Shown here: one piece after another, positions 50,823-59,832 of the stretch
Numbering within the stretch: position 1 is the first letter of the stretch
How the letters are laid out: every line of letters begins with the position of its first letter
Assembly: GCA_963748305.1 (NCBI GenBank)
Contig: CAVVIN010000008.1
Coordinates: forward strand, 181,798-245,797
DNA from: an uncultured Actinomycetota bacterium
Lineage (GTDB): Bacteria > Actinomycetota > Actinomycetes > Mycobacteriales > Geodermatophilaceae
Direction: 5' to 3'
Length of the DNA: 64,000 bases
The notes under the pieces: model-generated
Told to the model about the DNA's origin: nothing
The model's input: only the letters and a program-made list of their open reading frames with translations
The model's database searches: none
Made by a program: the position numbers and the translations under genes

Positions 50823-53078
50823 ATGAGCACCTTCCTCGCCCGGCTCGGCCGCGCCTCCTACCGCCGTCGCGGCGTGGTGTCGGTGGTCTGGCTGGTCGTC
50901 CTCGGCGCCGTCGTCGCCCTGCTCGTCTCGCTCGGCGGGTCGTTCGACGACCGCTTCACCATCCCCGGGTCGGAGTCCCAGGACGCCCTCGACCAGTTGG
51001 CCGAGCTCTCCCCCGGCGCGGCCGGGGCGTCGGCGCAGATCATCTTCGTCGCTCCCGACGGCGCGACCGTGGCCGATCCCGCCGTCGCGGGAGCCATCCA
51101 GGAGGTGGTGGCGGCGGCGCAGCAGGCGCCCCAGGTCGAGTCCGTGGTCAGCCCGTTCGACAGCCGGGCGATCACCCCGGACTCGCGGGCCGCGCTGGCC
51201 ACCGTCCAGTTCGGGATCCAGCGGGGTGAGCTGGAGGCGGCGAGCCTCGACGCCCTCCAGGAGACGACGGCGGCCGCGGAGGACGCGGGCCTCGAGGTGG
51301 CGGTCGGTGGCAACGCGTTCGCCTCGACCGGACCGACGGTCGGCGTGACGGAGTTCCTCGGCGTCGGCGTGGCCGTCCTGGTGCTGGTCCTGACCTTCGG
51401 CTCGCTGCTCACCGCGGGGATGAACCTGCTGACGGCGTTCATCGGCATCGGCGTCGGCATGGGCGGCCTGCTACTGGCCTCGAACGTGTTCGCGCTCTCG
51501 TCCAGCGCGCCCACGCTCGCCCTGATGATCGGCCTGGCCGTCGGCATCGACTACGCGCTGTTCATCCTGTCCCGCCACCGCACCCAGCTGGCGTCCGGGA
51601 TGGACCCCGAGGAGTCCGCCGCCCGGGCCGTCGGCACCGCGGGCTCCGCCGTCGTCTTCGCCGGACTGACCGTGATCATCGCGCTGTGCGGGCTGTCGAT
51701 CGTCGGGATCCCGTTCCTCACCGTCATGGGCGTCGGCGCTGCCGGGACGGTGTTCGTCGCCGTCCTCGTCGCCCTCACGCTGCTGCCGGCGCTGCTCGGC
51801 TTCGCCGGCGGGCGCCTCGCGCCGAAGCCGGGGTCGCGGGCCGCGCGCCGGGAACTGGCCGACGCCGCCGCCGACGACGCGCCGACCGGTGCCGTGGTCA
51901 CGAGCGCCGGGGCCCGATGGGCCCTGCTGGTCACCCGCCGTCCCCTGGTGACGGTGATCGCCGTCCTCGCCGGGCTGCTCGCGCTGGCGATCCCGGCGCC
52001 GCAGCTGCAACTGGCCCTGCCGGACAACTCCGCGGCCGCCCCCGAGACGACGCAGCGCCAGGCCTACGACCTGATCGCGGACACCTTCGGGCCCGGGCTC
52101 AACGGCCCGCTCGTCGTGCTCGCGCAGGGCCTCGACCCGGCCACCGCCCAGCAGACGGCCCAGCAGATGGCGGCGACCCTAGGCGGCACCCCGACCCTCA
52201 CCGGCGAGTTCGAGGGCGGTCTGGACGGCGTCGCGTTCGCCGCCCCCTCGGTCCTGCCGGACGGGACCACCGCGCTGGTCACCGTCATCCCGGACACCGG
52301 CCCCCAGGAGGGGGCGACCGCCGACCTCGTGGCCGACATCCGCGACCAGCGCGCCGACATCGAGGCGGAGACCGGCGGGCAGATCGCCGTCACCGGGCAG
52401 ACAGCGGTGGCGATCGACGTCTCCGACCGGCTCGCCGATGCGCTGCTGCCCTTCGCGATCGTCGTCGTGGGGCTGGCGCTGGTGCTGCTCCTGCTGGTCT
52501 TCCGCTCGATCCTCGTGCCGATCAAGGCCGCAGTGGGTTTCCTGCTCTCGGTCGCAGCCTCGTTCGGTGCGGTGGTCGCCGTGTTCCAGTGGGGCTGGTT
52601 CGGCGAGTGGCTCGGCGTGCCCACGACCGGGCCGGTCATCAGCTTCCTGCCGGTGATACTGATCGCAGTGCTGTTCGGCCTGGCCATGGACTACGAGGTC
52701 TTCCTCGTCTCCCGGATGCGCGAGGCGTACGTCCACGGCGCCTCGCCGCGGGCCGCGGTGGTGACCGGCGCCCGGCACGCCTCGCGGGTGGTCGTCGCGG
52801 CCGCGCTGATCATGTTCTCGGTGTTCGCGAGCTTCGTGGCCATCGACGACGTCGTCGTCAAGGCGATCGCCGTCGGCCTGGCCGTCGGCATCCTGGTCGA
52901 CGCCTTCGTCGTCCGGATGACGCTGGTGCCGGCCGTGCTCGCGCTGCTCGGCCGCTCCGCGTGGTGGCTGCCGCGCTGGCTGGACCGGCTCCTGCCGGAC
53001 CTCGACGTCGAGGGTGCACGCCTGGGACCGGTCCTCACCCAGGGGGAGGACAGGCAGCCCGCGCCTGTCGGTCACTGA
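50823..53078 (+). CDS. MMPL-family RND transporter
   Basis: Intact 751 aa. Two 6-TM bundles with large periplasmic loops. Typical MmpL signatures (GIDYALFILSRHR, GLAMDYEVFLVSRMRE). Confidence 0.85.
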   Translation: MSTFLARLGRASYRRRGVVSVVWLVVLGAVVALLVSLGGSFDDRFTIPGSESQDALDQLAELSPGAAGASAQIIFVAPDGATVADPAVAGAIQEVVAAAQQAPQVESVVSPFDSRAITPDSRAALATVQFGIQRGELEAASLDALQETTAAAEDAGLEVAVGGNAFASTGPTVGVTEFLGVGVAVLVLVLTFGSLLTAGMNLLTAFIGIGVGMGGLLLASNVFALSSSAPTLALMIGLAVGIDYALFILSRHRTQLASGMDPEESAARAVGTAGSAVVFAGLTVIIALCGLSIVGIPFLTVMGVGAAGTVFVAVLVALTLLPALLGFAGGRLAPKPGSRAARRELADAAADDAPTGAVVTSAGARWALLVTRRPLVTVIAVLAGLLALAIPAPQLQLALPDNSAAAPETTQRQAYDLIADTFGPGLNGPLVVLAQGLDPATAQQTAQQMAATLGGTPTLTGEFEGGLDGVAFAAPSVLPDGTTALVTVIPDTGPQEGATADLVADIRDQRADIEAETGGQIAVTGQTAVAIDVSDRLADALLPFAIVVVGLALVLLLLVFRSILVPIKAAVGFLLSVAASFGAVVAVFQWGWFGEWLGVPTTGPVISFLPVILIAVLFGLAMDYEVFLVSRMREAYVHGASPRAAVVTGARHASRVVVAAALIMFSVFASFVAIDDVVVKAIAVGLAVGILVDAFVVRMTLVPAVLALLGRSAWWLPRWLDRLLPDLDVEGARLGPVLTQGEDRQPAPVGH

Positions 53079-53103
53079 GCCCTGCAGGCGGCAGACTGCC
53101 GCC

Positions 53104-53706
53104 ATGAACGGGTACGACCGCGAGCAGGAATGGGACGCCTTCCCACCCGGCACGGTTCCGCAGCAGGTCGCCTCCGCGTACGGGCCGCCACCGGCCTACG
53201 GGCCGCCGCCCGGGTATGGCTGGCCACCGGGGAACGTTCCCCGGCACGACGGCTACGGCCGGCCGCTCCCGCCGTCGTGGTCGTACCCGCCCCTCGCGTG
53301 GCCGGACGGGCCGGCGCGGCCGGCCATGGCCACGGCGGCCGCTGTCCTCGGCTTCGTGACCGCCGGGCTGACGCTGCTGATGTGCATGCTGTTCGCCGTC
53401 GCCATGCTGACGGGGGGCGACGACGCCGCGACGACGGTCCTGCTGCTCGGCGCCCCCTGCGCCGCCGGGCTCATCGCGGGGGCGGTGCGGCTTCTGGGTC
53501 GCCGGCCGCCCGAGCTGCTGTTCCTCTCGGGCCTGGGGTCGGTGACCGTGCTCGTGCTGGCGCTCGTGGCCGGCGCCATCACGATCGACCGCACCGGCGG
53601 GCTGAGCGGCCTGCTCATGTTCGTCCTGGTGGCGCTGCCGCTGCCGGTGCTGACGGCGATCTTCGCCTGGACGCCGAGGGTCCGCGGCTGGGCGGCCGCC
53701 GGGTAG
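53104..53706 (+). CDS. membrane protein with a Pro/Tyr/Gly-rich N-terminus and C-terminal TM helices (DUF4190-like)
   Basis: MNGYDREQEWDAFPPGTVPQQVASAYGPPPAYGPPPGYGWPPG... followed by about four hydrophobic helices. Confidence 0.4.
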   Translation: MNGYDREQEWDAFPPGTVPQQVASAYGPPPAYGPPPGYGWPPGNVPRHDGYGRPLPPSWSYPPLAWPDGPARPAMATAAAVLGFVTAGLTLLMCMLFAVAMLTGGDDAATTVLLLGAPCAAGLIAGAVRLLGRRPPELLFLSGLGSVTVLVLALVAGAITIDRTGGLSGLLMFVLVALPLPVLTAIFAWTPRVRGWAAAG

Positions 53707-53725
53707 CCGGGCGCCGCTCAGCCTC

Positions 53726-54658
53726 TCAGCGCCGACGGGCGGTCTTGTCGGCGTACATGGCGTCGTCGGCCGCGCGGATGACCCGCTCGTAGACGCCGCC
53801 GGGCTCCTCCCCGCCGGGTACGCAGCCGATGCCGATGCTGATCCCGAGCGGGATCGACCGCTCACCCAGGGCGAGCGGCTCGGTCACGGTCGTGCGGAGG
53901 CGGGCCGCGAGGACCTCGCCGTCGGCGGGCTCGGTGTTCTCGCAGACGATGCTGAACTCGTCGCCACCGAGCCGGGCCGCGGTGTCGCTGGCCCGCAAGA
54001 CCGACCGCAGCCGCTCCGCGAACGACACGAGGACGAGGTCGCCCATCGGGTGGCCCATCTCGTCGTTGATCTTCTTGAACCCGTCGAGGTCGATGATCAG
54101 CACGCAGGTGGGGGTGCGCTCCCGGTGCCCCCGCTCGAGCGCGTGCCAGAGCCGGTCCTGGAACAGCAGCCGGTTGGGCAGCCCGGTCAGCGGATCGTGC
54201 ATCGAGCGGTGGACCAGTTGGGCTTCCAGCGCTTTCCGTTCGGTGATGTCCTCGACGATCATGACCAGGTGCGCGGGCCTGCCCTCCGGCGACCGGTCCA
54301 CCCAGGAGGCGGTCACCTGTACGGGAATCTCGGTGCCGTCCGGACGACTGACACGGGTCTCGTGGCGCATCGGGCAGTCCGGCGAGGCGAGCAGCGACGC
54401 GTGCGCCTCCCGGGCGGATGCGGCGAGGTCGGGTGGGATCGCGGCGAGCACCGACTCGCCGCGCAGCTCACCGGCCGGGCGGCCGAGGAGCACCTCCAGT
54501 GCCGGGTTCACGTCGACGAGCACGCCGGCGGGCGTGGTCAGGGCGACGCCCATGGGGGCGTTGGCGAAGGCACTGCTGCGATCGGCAGGCAGGGCCGCGT
54601 CGACCACCTCGATCACTCCCACCTCCTCTCGCTCCCGGGCACTACCCAAGATTCCCAC
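53726..54658 (-). CDS. PAS-domain diguanylate cyclase (GGDEF)
   Basis: PAS region, then LTGLPNRLLFQDRL...LIIDLDGFKKINDEMGHPMGDLVL...RLGGDEFSIV (GGDEF active-site motif). Intact 310 aa. Confidence 0.8.
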   Translation of the reverse strand: MGILGSAREREEVGVIEVVDAALPADRSSAFANAPMGVALTTPAGVLVDVNPALEVLLGRPAGELRGESVLAAIPPDLAASAREAHASLLASPDCPMRHETRVSRPDGTEIPVQVTASWVDRSPEGRPAHLVMIVEDITERKALEAQLVHRSMHDPLTGLPNRLLFQDRLWHALERGHRERTPTCVLIIDLDGFKKINDEMGHPMGDLVLVSFAERLRSVLRASDTAARLGGDEFSIVCENTEPADGEVLAARLRTTVTEPLALGERSIPLGISIGIGCVPGGEEPGGVYERVIRAADDAMYADKTARRR

Positions 54659-54728
54659 GGATCAATGCGCCATAGACAACGGAACCGTTACGGATCGCCT
54701 GCTCGGACCCGGTATGCCCGGGGGGAGG

Positions 54729-55709
54729 ATGGCGGAAGCCAGTGACAGGCTGATGGCGATGCTGATCGAGGAGGGCCCCGTGTACGAGTTCGATCTGGTG
54801 CTGCCAACGGAGATCGACGTCCGCGAGGTCGGCATGCGCGACGGCCTGCAGCTCGAGGCGCCGGTTCCGCTCGACGCCAAGCTGGAGATGCTCGAGGCGC
54901 TGGTCGCGACCGGTGTCCGCCGGATCGAGGCGACCTCCTTCGTCTCCCCCAAGGCCGTCCCCGCGCTCGCCGACGCCGACCAGGTGGCCCGCGAGCTGTC
55001 TCGCTGGGGCGGCGTGCACTGGTCGGCCCTGGTGGCCAACCCGCGGGGCGCGGTCCGGGCGGTCGACGCCGGCGTCGCGGACCTCGAGTACGTCGTCTCC
55101 GCGACCGACGGGCACAGCCGGGCCAACGCCGGTCGCAGCACCGCCGAGGCGGTCGGGGCGGTCAGCGAGATCGCCGGGCTCGCGCACGGCGCCGGCGGCT
55201 CCCTGGAGGTCATCATCGCCACCGCCTGGGACTGCCCGTTCGACGGGCGCACGCCCATCACCCGGACCGTCGACGTCGCCCGGGCCGCGGTCACCGCCGG
55301 GGCCGACCAGCTCTGCCTCGGCGACACGATCGGCACGACGACGCCGCTGCGGGTCGTCCAGCTGCTCGACGCCGTCCGCCGGGCGTGCCCCGGGATCGCC
55401 GTCGGCGTGCACTTCCACGACACCCGCGGCACCGGCCAGGCCAACGCCCTGGCCGCCATCCAGGCCGGCGTCACGCAGCTGGACTCCTCCATCGGCGGGC
55501 TCGGCGGCTGCCCGTTCGCGCCCGGGGCCAGCGGCAACATCGCCACCGAGGAGCTCGTCTACATGCTCGAGGAGTCCGGCATCCGCACCGGCCTGGACCT
55601 CGACGCCGTGCTCGCCGCGGCCCGCGTCACCGAGCACGCGGTCGGGCACGAGCTGCCCAGCTCGCTGTACCGCGCCGGCGGGCGCTCGGTCCCCCGCGCC
55701 GGCGCATGA
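54729..55709 (+). CDS. hmgL: hydroxymethylglutaryl-CoA lyase
   Basis: VREVGMRDGLQ...IEATSFVSPKAVP...GVHFHDTRGTGQANALAAIQAGV...GGLGGCPFAPGASGNIATEELVYML. Confidence 0.8.
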   Translation: MAEASDRLMAMLIEEGPVYEFDLVLPTEIDVREVGMRDGLQLEAPVPLDAKLEMLEALVATGVRRIEATSFVSPKAVPALADADQVARELSRWGGVHWSALVANPRGAVRAVDAGVADLEYVVSATDGHSRANAGRSTAEAVGAVSEIAGLAHGAGGSLEVIIATAWDCPFDGRTPITRTVDVARAAVTAGADQLCLGDTIGTTTPLRVVQLLDAVRRACPGIAVGVHFHDTRGTGQANALAAIQAGVTQLDSSIGGLGGCPFAPGASGNIATEELVYMLEESGIRTGLDLDAVLAAARVTEHAVGHELPSSLYRAGGRSVPRAGA

Positions 55710-56230
55710 CGGGAGCTGCCGACGGCGCTGACGTTTCCGACCCCAGGCGCATCGTCGACCCGCAGGTGATGCGCGAGGTACTGGGTCACTTCGCGTCCGG
55801 GGTCACGGTCGTCACCGCGGTGACCGACGAGGGCCCGATCGGTTTCACCTGCCAGTCGTTCAGCTCGCTGTCACTCGAGCCGCCGCTGGTGGTCTTCGCC
55901 CCGGGACGGGCGTCCCGCACCTGGCCACTGCTGCGGAGCATCGGCCGGTTCTGCATCAACGTCCTGGCGGAGGGCCAGGACGAGGTCTCACGGAACTTCG
56001 CCCGGTCCGGCGCGGACAAGTTCACCGGCGTCCCGTGGACCCCGAGCGCGCACGGCTCCCCGGTCCTCGACGACGTCGTCGCGTGGATCGACGCGGAGCT
56101 CCGGGCGGAGTACGACGGCGGCGACCACACCCTGGCGGTGGCGCGGGTGCTCGACCTCGGCGCGGACCCGGCCCGCCGTCCGCTGCTCTACCACCGGGGC
56201 AGCTACGGCCTGCTCCAGGAGCCCTCGTAA
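55706..56230 (+). CDS. flavin reductase family protein (NAD(P)H:FMN oxidoreductase). The start overlaps the hmgL stop (ATGA).
   Basis: VMREVLGHFASGVTVVTAVTDEGPIGFTCQSFSSLSLEPPLVVF... Confidence 0.7.
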   Translation: MTGAADGADVSDPRRIVDPQVMREVLGHFASGVTVVTAVTDEGPIGFTCQSFSSLSLEPPLVVFAPGRASRTWPLLRSIGRFCINVLAEGQDEVSRNFARSGADKFTGVPWTPSAHGSPVLDDVVAWIDAELRAEYDGGDHTLAVARVLDLGADPARRPLLYHRGSYGLLQEPS

Positions 56231-56334
56231 CCCGGTTAGTGACCCGGTTAGCGACCCGGATACGGGGAACGTCGTCGGTCGCCCGTTCGTCACCCGGACG
56301 ACGGCACGGAACCGCGTAGCGAGGAGGCACTCCG

Positions 56335-57030
56335 ATGGGACTGCTCGACCGGTTGTTCGGCCGGCGCGCCGCGCACGACCGCCCCCACGCCCAGTACCGC
56401 TCGCCCGCGAGTTCCGGCGGGCGCCCGCCCGACGAGCAGGCCATCGAGCGCTACCGCTACCTGCTGCGCACCGCGCCGCCGGAACAGATCGAGCAGGCGC
56501 ACGCCGAGGCCTTCGCCCAGCTCACCCCGGACCAGCGGCAGCAGGTCCTCACGCAGCTGGCGGCGGCCGTGCCCGTGGGCGAGCGCCCGCGCACCGACGA
56601 CCCGCAGACGCTGGCCCGCGCGGCCACCCGGGCCGAGCTGCGGCAGCCCGGCACGCTGGAGCGGGCCTTCGGTCCGGGCGGCTCCGGCCCTGGGCAGGGC
56701 TACGGCCGGGGCGGCTATGGGGGCGGTGGCTATGGGGGCGGTGGCTACGGCGGCGGCCCTGGTTTCGGCAGCATGGTGGGCGGCAGCCTGCTCGGCACCA
56801 TCGGCGGCCTGGTCATCGGCACGGCCGTCGCCGACGCGTTGTTCGACACCGGGCTCGGCGACGGCGGCCTGTTCGGCGGCGGGGACGAGGAGGCCTACGC
56901 CCAGGGCTACGAGGACGGCGGGGGCGGCGACGGCGGCGACGACGGCGGCAGCTACGGGGACGGCGGCGACGTCGGGGGCGGGGACTTCGGCGGCGACTTC
57001 GGGGGTGGCGACTTCGGCGGGGACTTCTGA
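56335..57030 (+). CDS. hypothetical Gly-rich protein with GYGGGGYGGG and GGDFGGDF repeats. GGAGG Shine-Dalgarno.
   Basis: Intact 231 aa. The N-terminal 120 aa is non-repetitive (RYRYLLRTAPPEQIEQAHAEAFAQLTPDQRQQVL). The C-terminal half is Gly/Asp-rich. Confidence 0.45.
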   Translation: MGLLDRLFGRRAAHDRPHAQYRSPASSGGRPPDEQAIERYRYLLRTAPPEQIEQAHAEAFAQLTPDQRQQVLTQLAAAVPVGERPRTDDPQTLARAATRAELRQPGTLERAFGPGGSGPGQGYGRGGYGGGGYGGGGYGGGPGFGSMVGGSLLGTIGGLVIGTAVADALFDTGLGDGGLFGGGDEEAYAQGYEDGGGGDGGDDGGSYGDGGDVGGGDFGGDFGGGDFGGDF

Positions 57031-57455
57031 GTCCGCCTGCGCAGCAGCACGGTCAGCCCGAGCACCGGCAGCACGAGCGGGATGAACACGTAGCCGCGGC
57101 CGTAGGCCGACCAGACCGTCTCGTCGGGGAACGCCGCTGGGTCCAGCAGCGAGAGGGTGCCCACCACCAGCACGCCGATCAGCTCGACGGTGATCGCCGT
57201 CAGCGCCGTGCGCCGGCCCCCGCGGCCGCCCCGCACGAGGCCGACCGTCGCCACGATGTAGACGGCGGCGGCGAACGCGGACAGCAGGTAGGCCAGCGGC
57301 GCCTCGTGGAAGCGCGTGCTCAGCTGCACCGCCGCGCGGGCGCCGGCCGCCAGCGCGAAGACGCCGTAGAGCGCCACCAGCACCCGTGCCGGGCCGGTCC
57401 CGCCGACGTCGTCGGGCGCAGCCGCGCGGCTGTCCAGCGCAGGGCCCTCAGCCAC
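56952..57455 (-). CDS. small hydrophobic membrane protein (its 3' end overlaps the Gly-rich gene, so it may be shorter)
   Basis: ARVLVALYGVFALAAGARAAVQ...AYLLSAFAAAVYIVATVGLV...LIGVLVVGTLSLL...GYVFIPLVLPVLGLTVLL. Confidence 0.4.
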   Translation of the reverse strand: MAEGPALDSRAAAPDDVGGTGPARVLVALYGVFALAAGARAAVQLSTRFHEAPLAYLLSAFAAAVYIVATVGLVRGGRGGRRTALTAITVELIGVLVVGTLSLLDPAAFPDETVWSAYGRGYVFIPLVLPVLGLTVLLRRRTQKSPPKSPPPKSPPKSPPPTSPPSP

Positions 57456-57813
57456 CGGTCGCCTCCCAGAGCTTCATCAGCCGCCACACCATGACGGCGA
57501 CCGTCCCGCCGACGACCGCGATGACGGTGCCCGCCCAGCGGGTCGGCTCGGTCCGCGCCCAGAGCAGCCCGGCCACCGGCACGAGCAGGACGCCCACGAG
57601 GTAGCCGAGGAAGGTCGCGACCTCGACGGGCCGCTCGCCCCCGAGCAGGGCGATCCCGACCAGTACCGCCTGGATGACGAGGAGCGCCTCCAGCAGCAGC
57701 GTGCCGGCCACGTGCACCAGCCCGATCCGGCGGCGGGCGAGGGTGGCGGCCAGTCCCAGCAGCGCCAGCGCCACCGCGACCACCGTGGTGACGACGACGA
57801 GGAATGAGTTCAC
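57448..57813 (-). CDS. small 4-TM membrane protein. It overlaps the next gene by 8 nt, suggesting an operon.
   Basis: MNSFLVVVTTVVAVALALLGLAATLARRRIGLVHVAGTLLLEALLVIQAVLVGIALLGG... Confidence 0.4.
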   Translation of the reverse strand: MNSFLVVVTTVVAVALALLGLAATLARRRIGLVHVAGTLLLEALLVIQAVLVGIALLGGERPVEVATFLGYLVGVLLVPVAGLLWARTEPTRWAGTVIAVVGGTVAVMVWRLMKLWEATGG

Positions 57814-57888
57814 CGGCGCGGACCCGGGCGGACGACGACCTGCACGGCGCCATTCTCGCCGTCCGGACCGCCGTGACCGGGTAGTGGG

Positions 57889-58640
57889 TCAGCGATGCAC
57901 GGTGGACATGTCCGGGTAGCGGTCCCCGGCCGTGGCGCCGGCCGGGGCCGCCGCGTCGAGCCGGGTCAGGTCCTCCTCGGTCAGGTCCACGTCGGCCGCC
58001 GCCGCGTTCTCCTCCAGGTAGGCCACCCGCTTCGTGCCGGGGATCGGCACGATCGTGGGCCTACCCACTCCGCCGGCTCCCGGCCCACCCACCCCGCCGG
58101 CTCCCGGCCCACCCACCCCGCCGCCCTGTGCCATCACCCACGCGAGCGCCAACTGCCCGGCCGTCACGCCCTTCTCGTCGGCGATCTCCCGGACGCGATC
58201 GACGAGCCGGAGGTTCTGTTCGAACGCCTCGCCCTGGAATCGCGGGTTGTGGCGCCGGAAGTCGTCGGGGGCGAGGTCCTCGATCGACCGGATCTGGCCG
58301 GACAGGAAGCCCCGGCCCAGCGGCGAGTAGGCGACGAAGCCGATACCGAGCTCGGCGCAGATGGCCAGGACGCCGTCGTCCTCGGGGTCGCGGGTCCAGA
58401 GCGAGTACTCGGTCTGCACGGCGGTGACCGGCTGGACGGCGTGCGCCCGGCGGATGGTCTCGGGGGCGGCCTCGGAGATGCCCGCGTGCCGGATCTTCCC
58501 GGCCTGCACGAGCTCGCGCAGGGTGCCCCACGTCTCCTCCACGGGCACCCGGGCGTCGACCCGGTGCTGGTAGTAGAGGTCGATCACGTCGACCCCGAGG
58601 CGCTGCAACGACGCGTCGCAGGCGGCGCGCACGTACTCCG
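57889..58640 (-). pseudogene. aldo-keto reductase lacking about its first 100 codons. It carries an in-frame 24-bp tandem insertion.
   Basis: The ORF begins mid-protein at ...[29 protein letters not shown]. It then reads ...[40 protein letters not shown], where AKRs read [19 protein letters not shown]. No AKR N-terminus (with the catalytic Asp/Tyr/Lys region) exists upstream. Confidence 0.55.
58064..58125 (-). repeat. about 2.5 copies of the 24-bp tandem repeat cccac(t/c)ccgccggctcccggccca inside the AKR coding sequence
   Basis: Units at 58064-58087 and 58088-58111, partial unit at 58112-58125. Confidence 0.6.
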
Positions 58641-58649
58641 GCGTGCACG

Positions 58650-58936
58650 AGTGCGCTCGCTCCGTCGTAGATCTTCCACAGTGCAGCCGCGGTGAGGTGG
58701 CTCAGAACAGCGCCGGGGCCGCAGGCCATCACAGCTGCCAGCCAGCGAGCCTCAGATGTCCGCGGCAGGTGTCCGACCGCGTACACCCCTCGATGGATCC
58801 GATGCAGGCGACCCTGCTCAACCCTCCGCGCAACCGCATTCCGCGACAGGCCAACCGCGGCGATCTGTCGATGCGACACCAGCCCATGCTGCCGGGCCGC
58901 CATCCGCGCCAGCCGGGAATCGGGGCGTGTGCCCAT
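58650..58936 (-). pseudogene. N-terminal (AbiEi-like) fragment of a DUF559-family gene, fused in place of the AKR 5' end
   Basis: [89 protein letters not shown] has the same architecture as the N-terminus of the 14468 gene (LSHRSALRLWG). No DUF559 C-terminal domain follows. Confidence 0.5.
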
Positions 58937-59016
58937 CTACTCCCCGTATGCGGTACTGGGTAGGACCACACCCCCAGGTTGAACGGGTGGGTGTTACGGG
59001 TGGGTAACTGGTGTGA

Positions 59017-59832
59017 CTATGCGCCGACGGGGTGCCAGGCGGTCTTGAGCTCGGTGAGTGCCTCGAGGCGGCTGAGGGGGTCGGCTGTGGCGTCGCTGTA
59101 TGAGCGCGTGGGGGCCGCGTGGCGTACTCGGGTCACGGATTCGGCGGCGAGCTTGTCGATCTCTGTGCCGAGGGCGGCGTCCCCGGACGCGTCCACGATC
59201 GCGTTCAGCGCGTGGTGGCCGGCCAGCACGGGGGCCAGCTCCGCACGCCGGCCCGACAGCAGGTTCACCACGCCGCCGGGCACGTCCGCGATCCCCATCA
59301 CCTCACCGAGGTCCAGCCCCGGAAGCGGTCGTTCGTCCGAGAGCAACGCGACGACCGTATTGCCGGCGGCCAAAGCGGGTGCCAACTCGGCCACGAGGCC
59401 GACCAGCGGAGGCGAATCCGGGGCGACGAGGCCGACCACGCCGGTCGGCTCCGGCACCGAGAACGACAGATACGGCGCGGCAACCGGGTTGATGCCGCCG
59501 AGGACCGGCTGGAGCTTGTCGGTCCAGCCGGCGTAGTGCACGAGCACGTCGACCGCTTCGCCGACCTCGTCGGCCGGCGCGCCGATGTCGGCACGACGGG
59601 ACTCGAGGGCTTCGGCGAAGCGATACAGGATCTGACCCCGGTTGTAGGCGGTTCGCGCGGCCCAACCAGCGCTGCTTTTTCTGGCCGCTGCCACCGCATC
59701 ACGGATGTCCTTGCGGGAGCCACGAGGAATGTTGGTGTTCTCAATGCGGTCGTACCGTCCGGATTCCGAGCGCACAAAGGAGCCACCGATGAACAGCTTG
59801 TAGGTCTTGCGGACGGGCAGTCGCTCGGTCAT
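59017..59832 (-). CDS. short aldehyde-dehydrogenase-like protein (NAD-binding half only; it lacks the catalytic Cys region). The start overlaps the ALDH stop.
   Basis: MTERLPVRKTYKLFIGGSFVRSESGRYDRIENTN...VLVHYAGWTDKL...LAPALAAGNTVVALLS..., about 271 aa. Confidence 0.5.
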   Translation of the reverse strand: MTERLPVRKTYKLFIGGSFVRSESGRYDRIENTNIPRGSRKDIRDAVAAARKSSAGWAARTAYNRGQILYRFAEALESRRADIGAPADEVGEAVDVLVHYAGWTDKLQPVLGGINPVAAPYLSFSVPEPTGVVGLVAPDSPPLVGLVAELAPALAAGNTVVALLSDERPLPGLDLGEVMGIADVPGGVVNLLSGRRAELAPVLAGHHALNAIVDASGDAALGTEIDKLAAESVTRVRHAAPTRSYSDATADPLSRLEALTELKTAWHPVGA

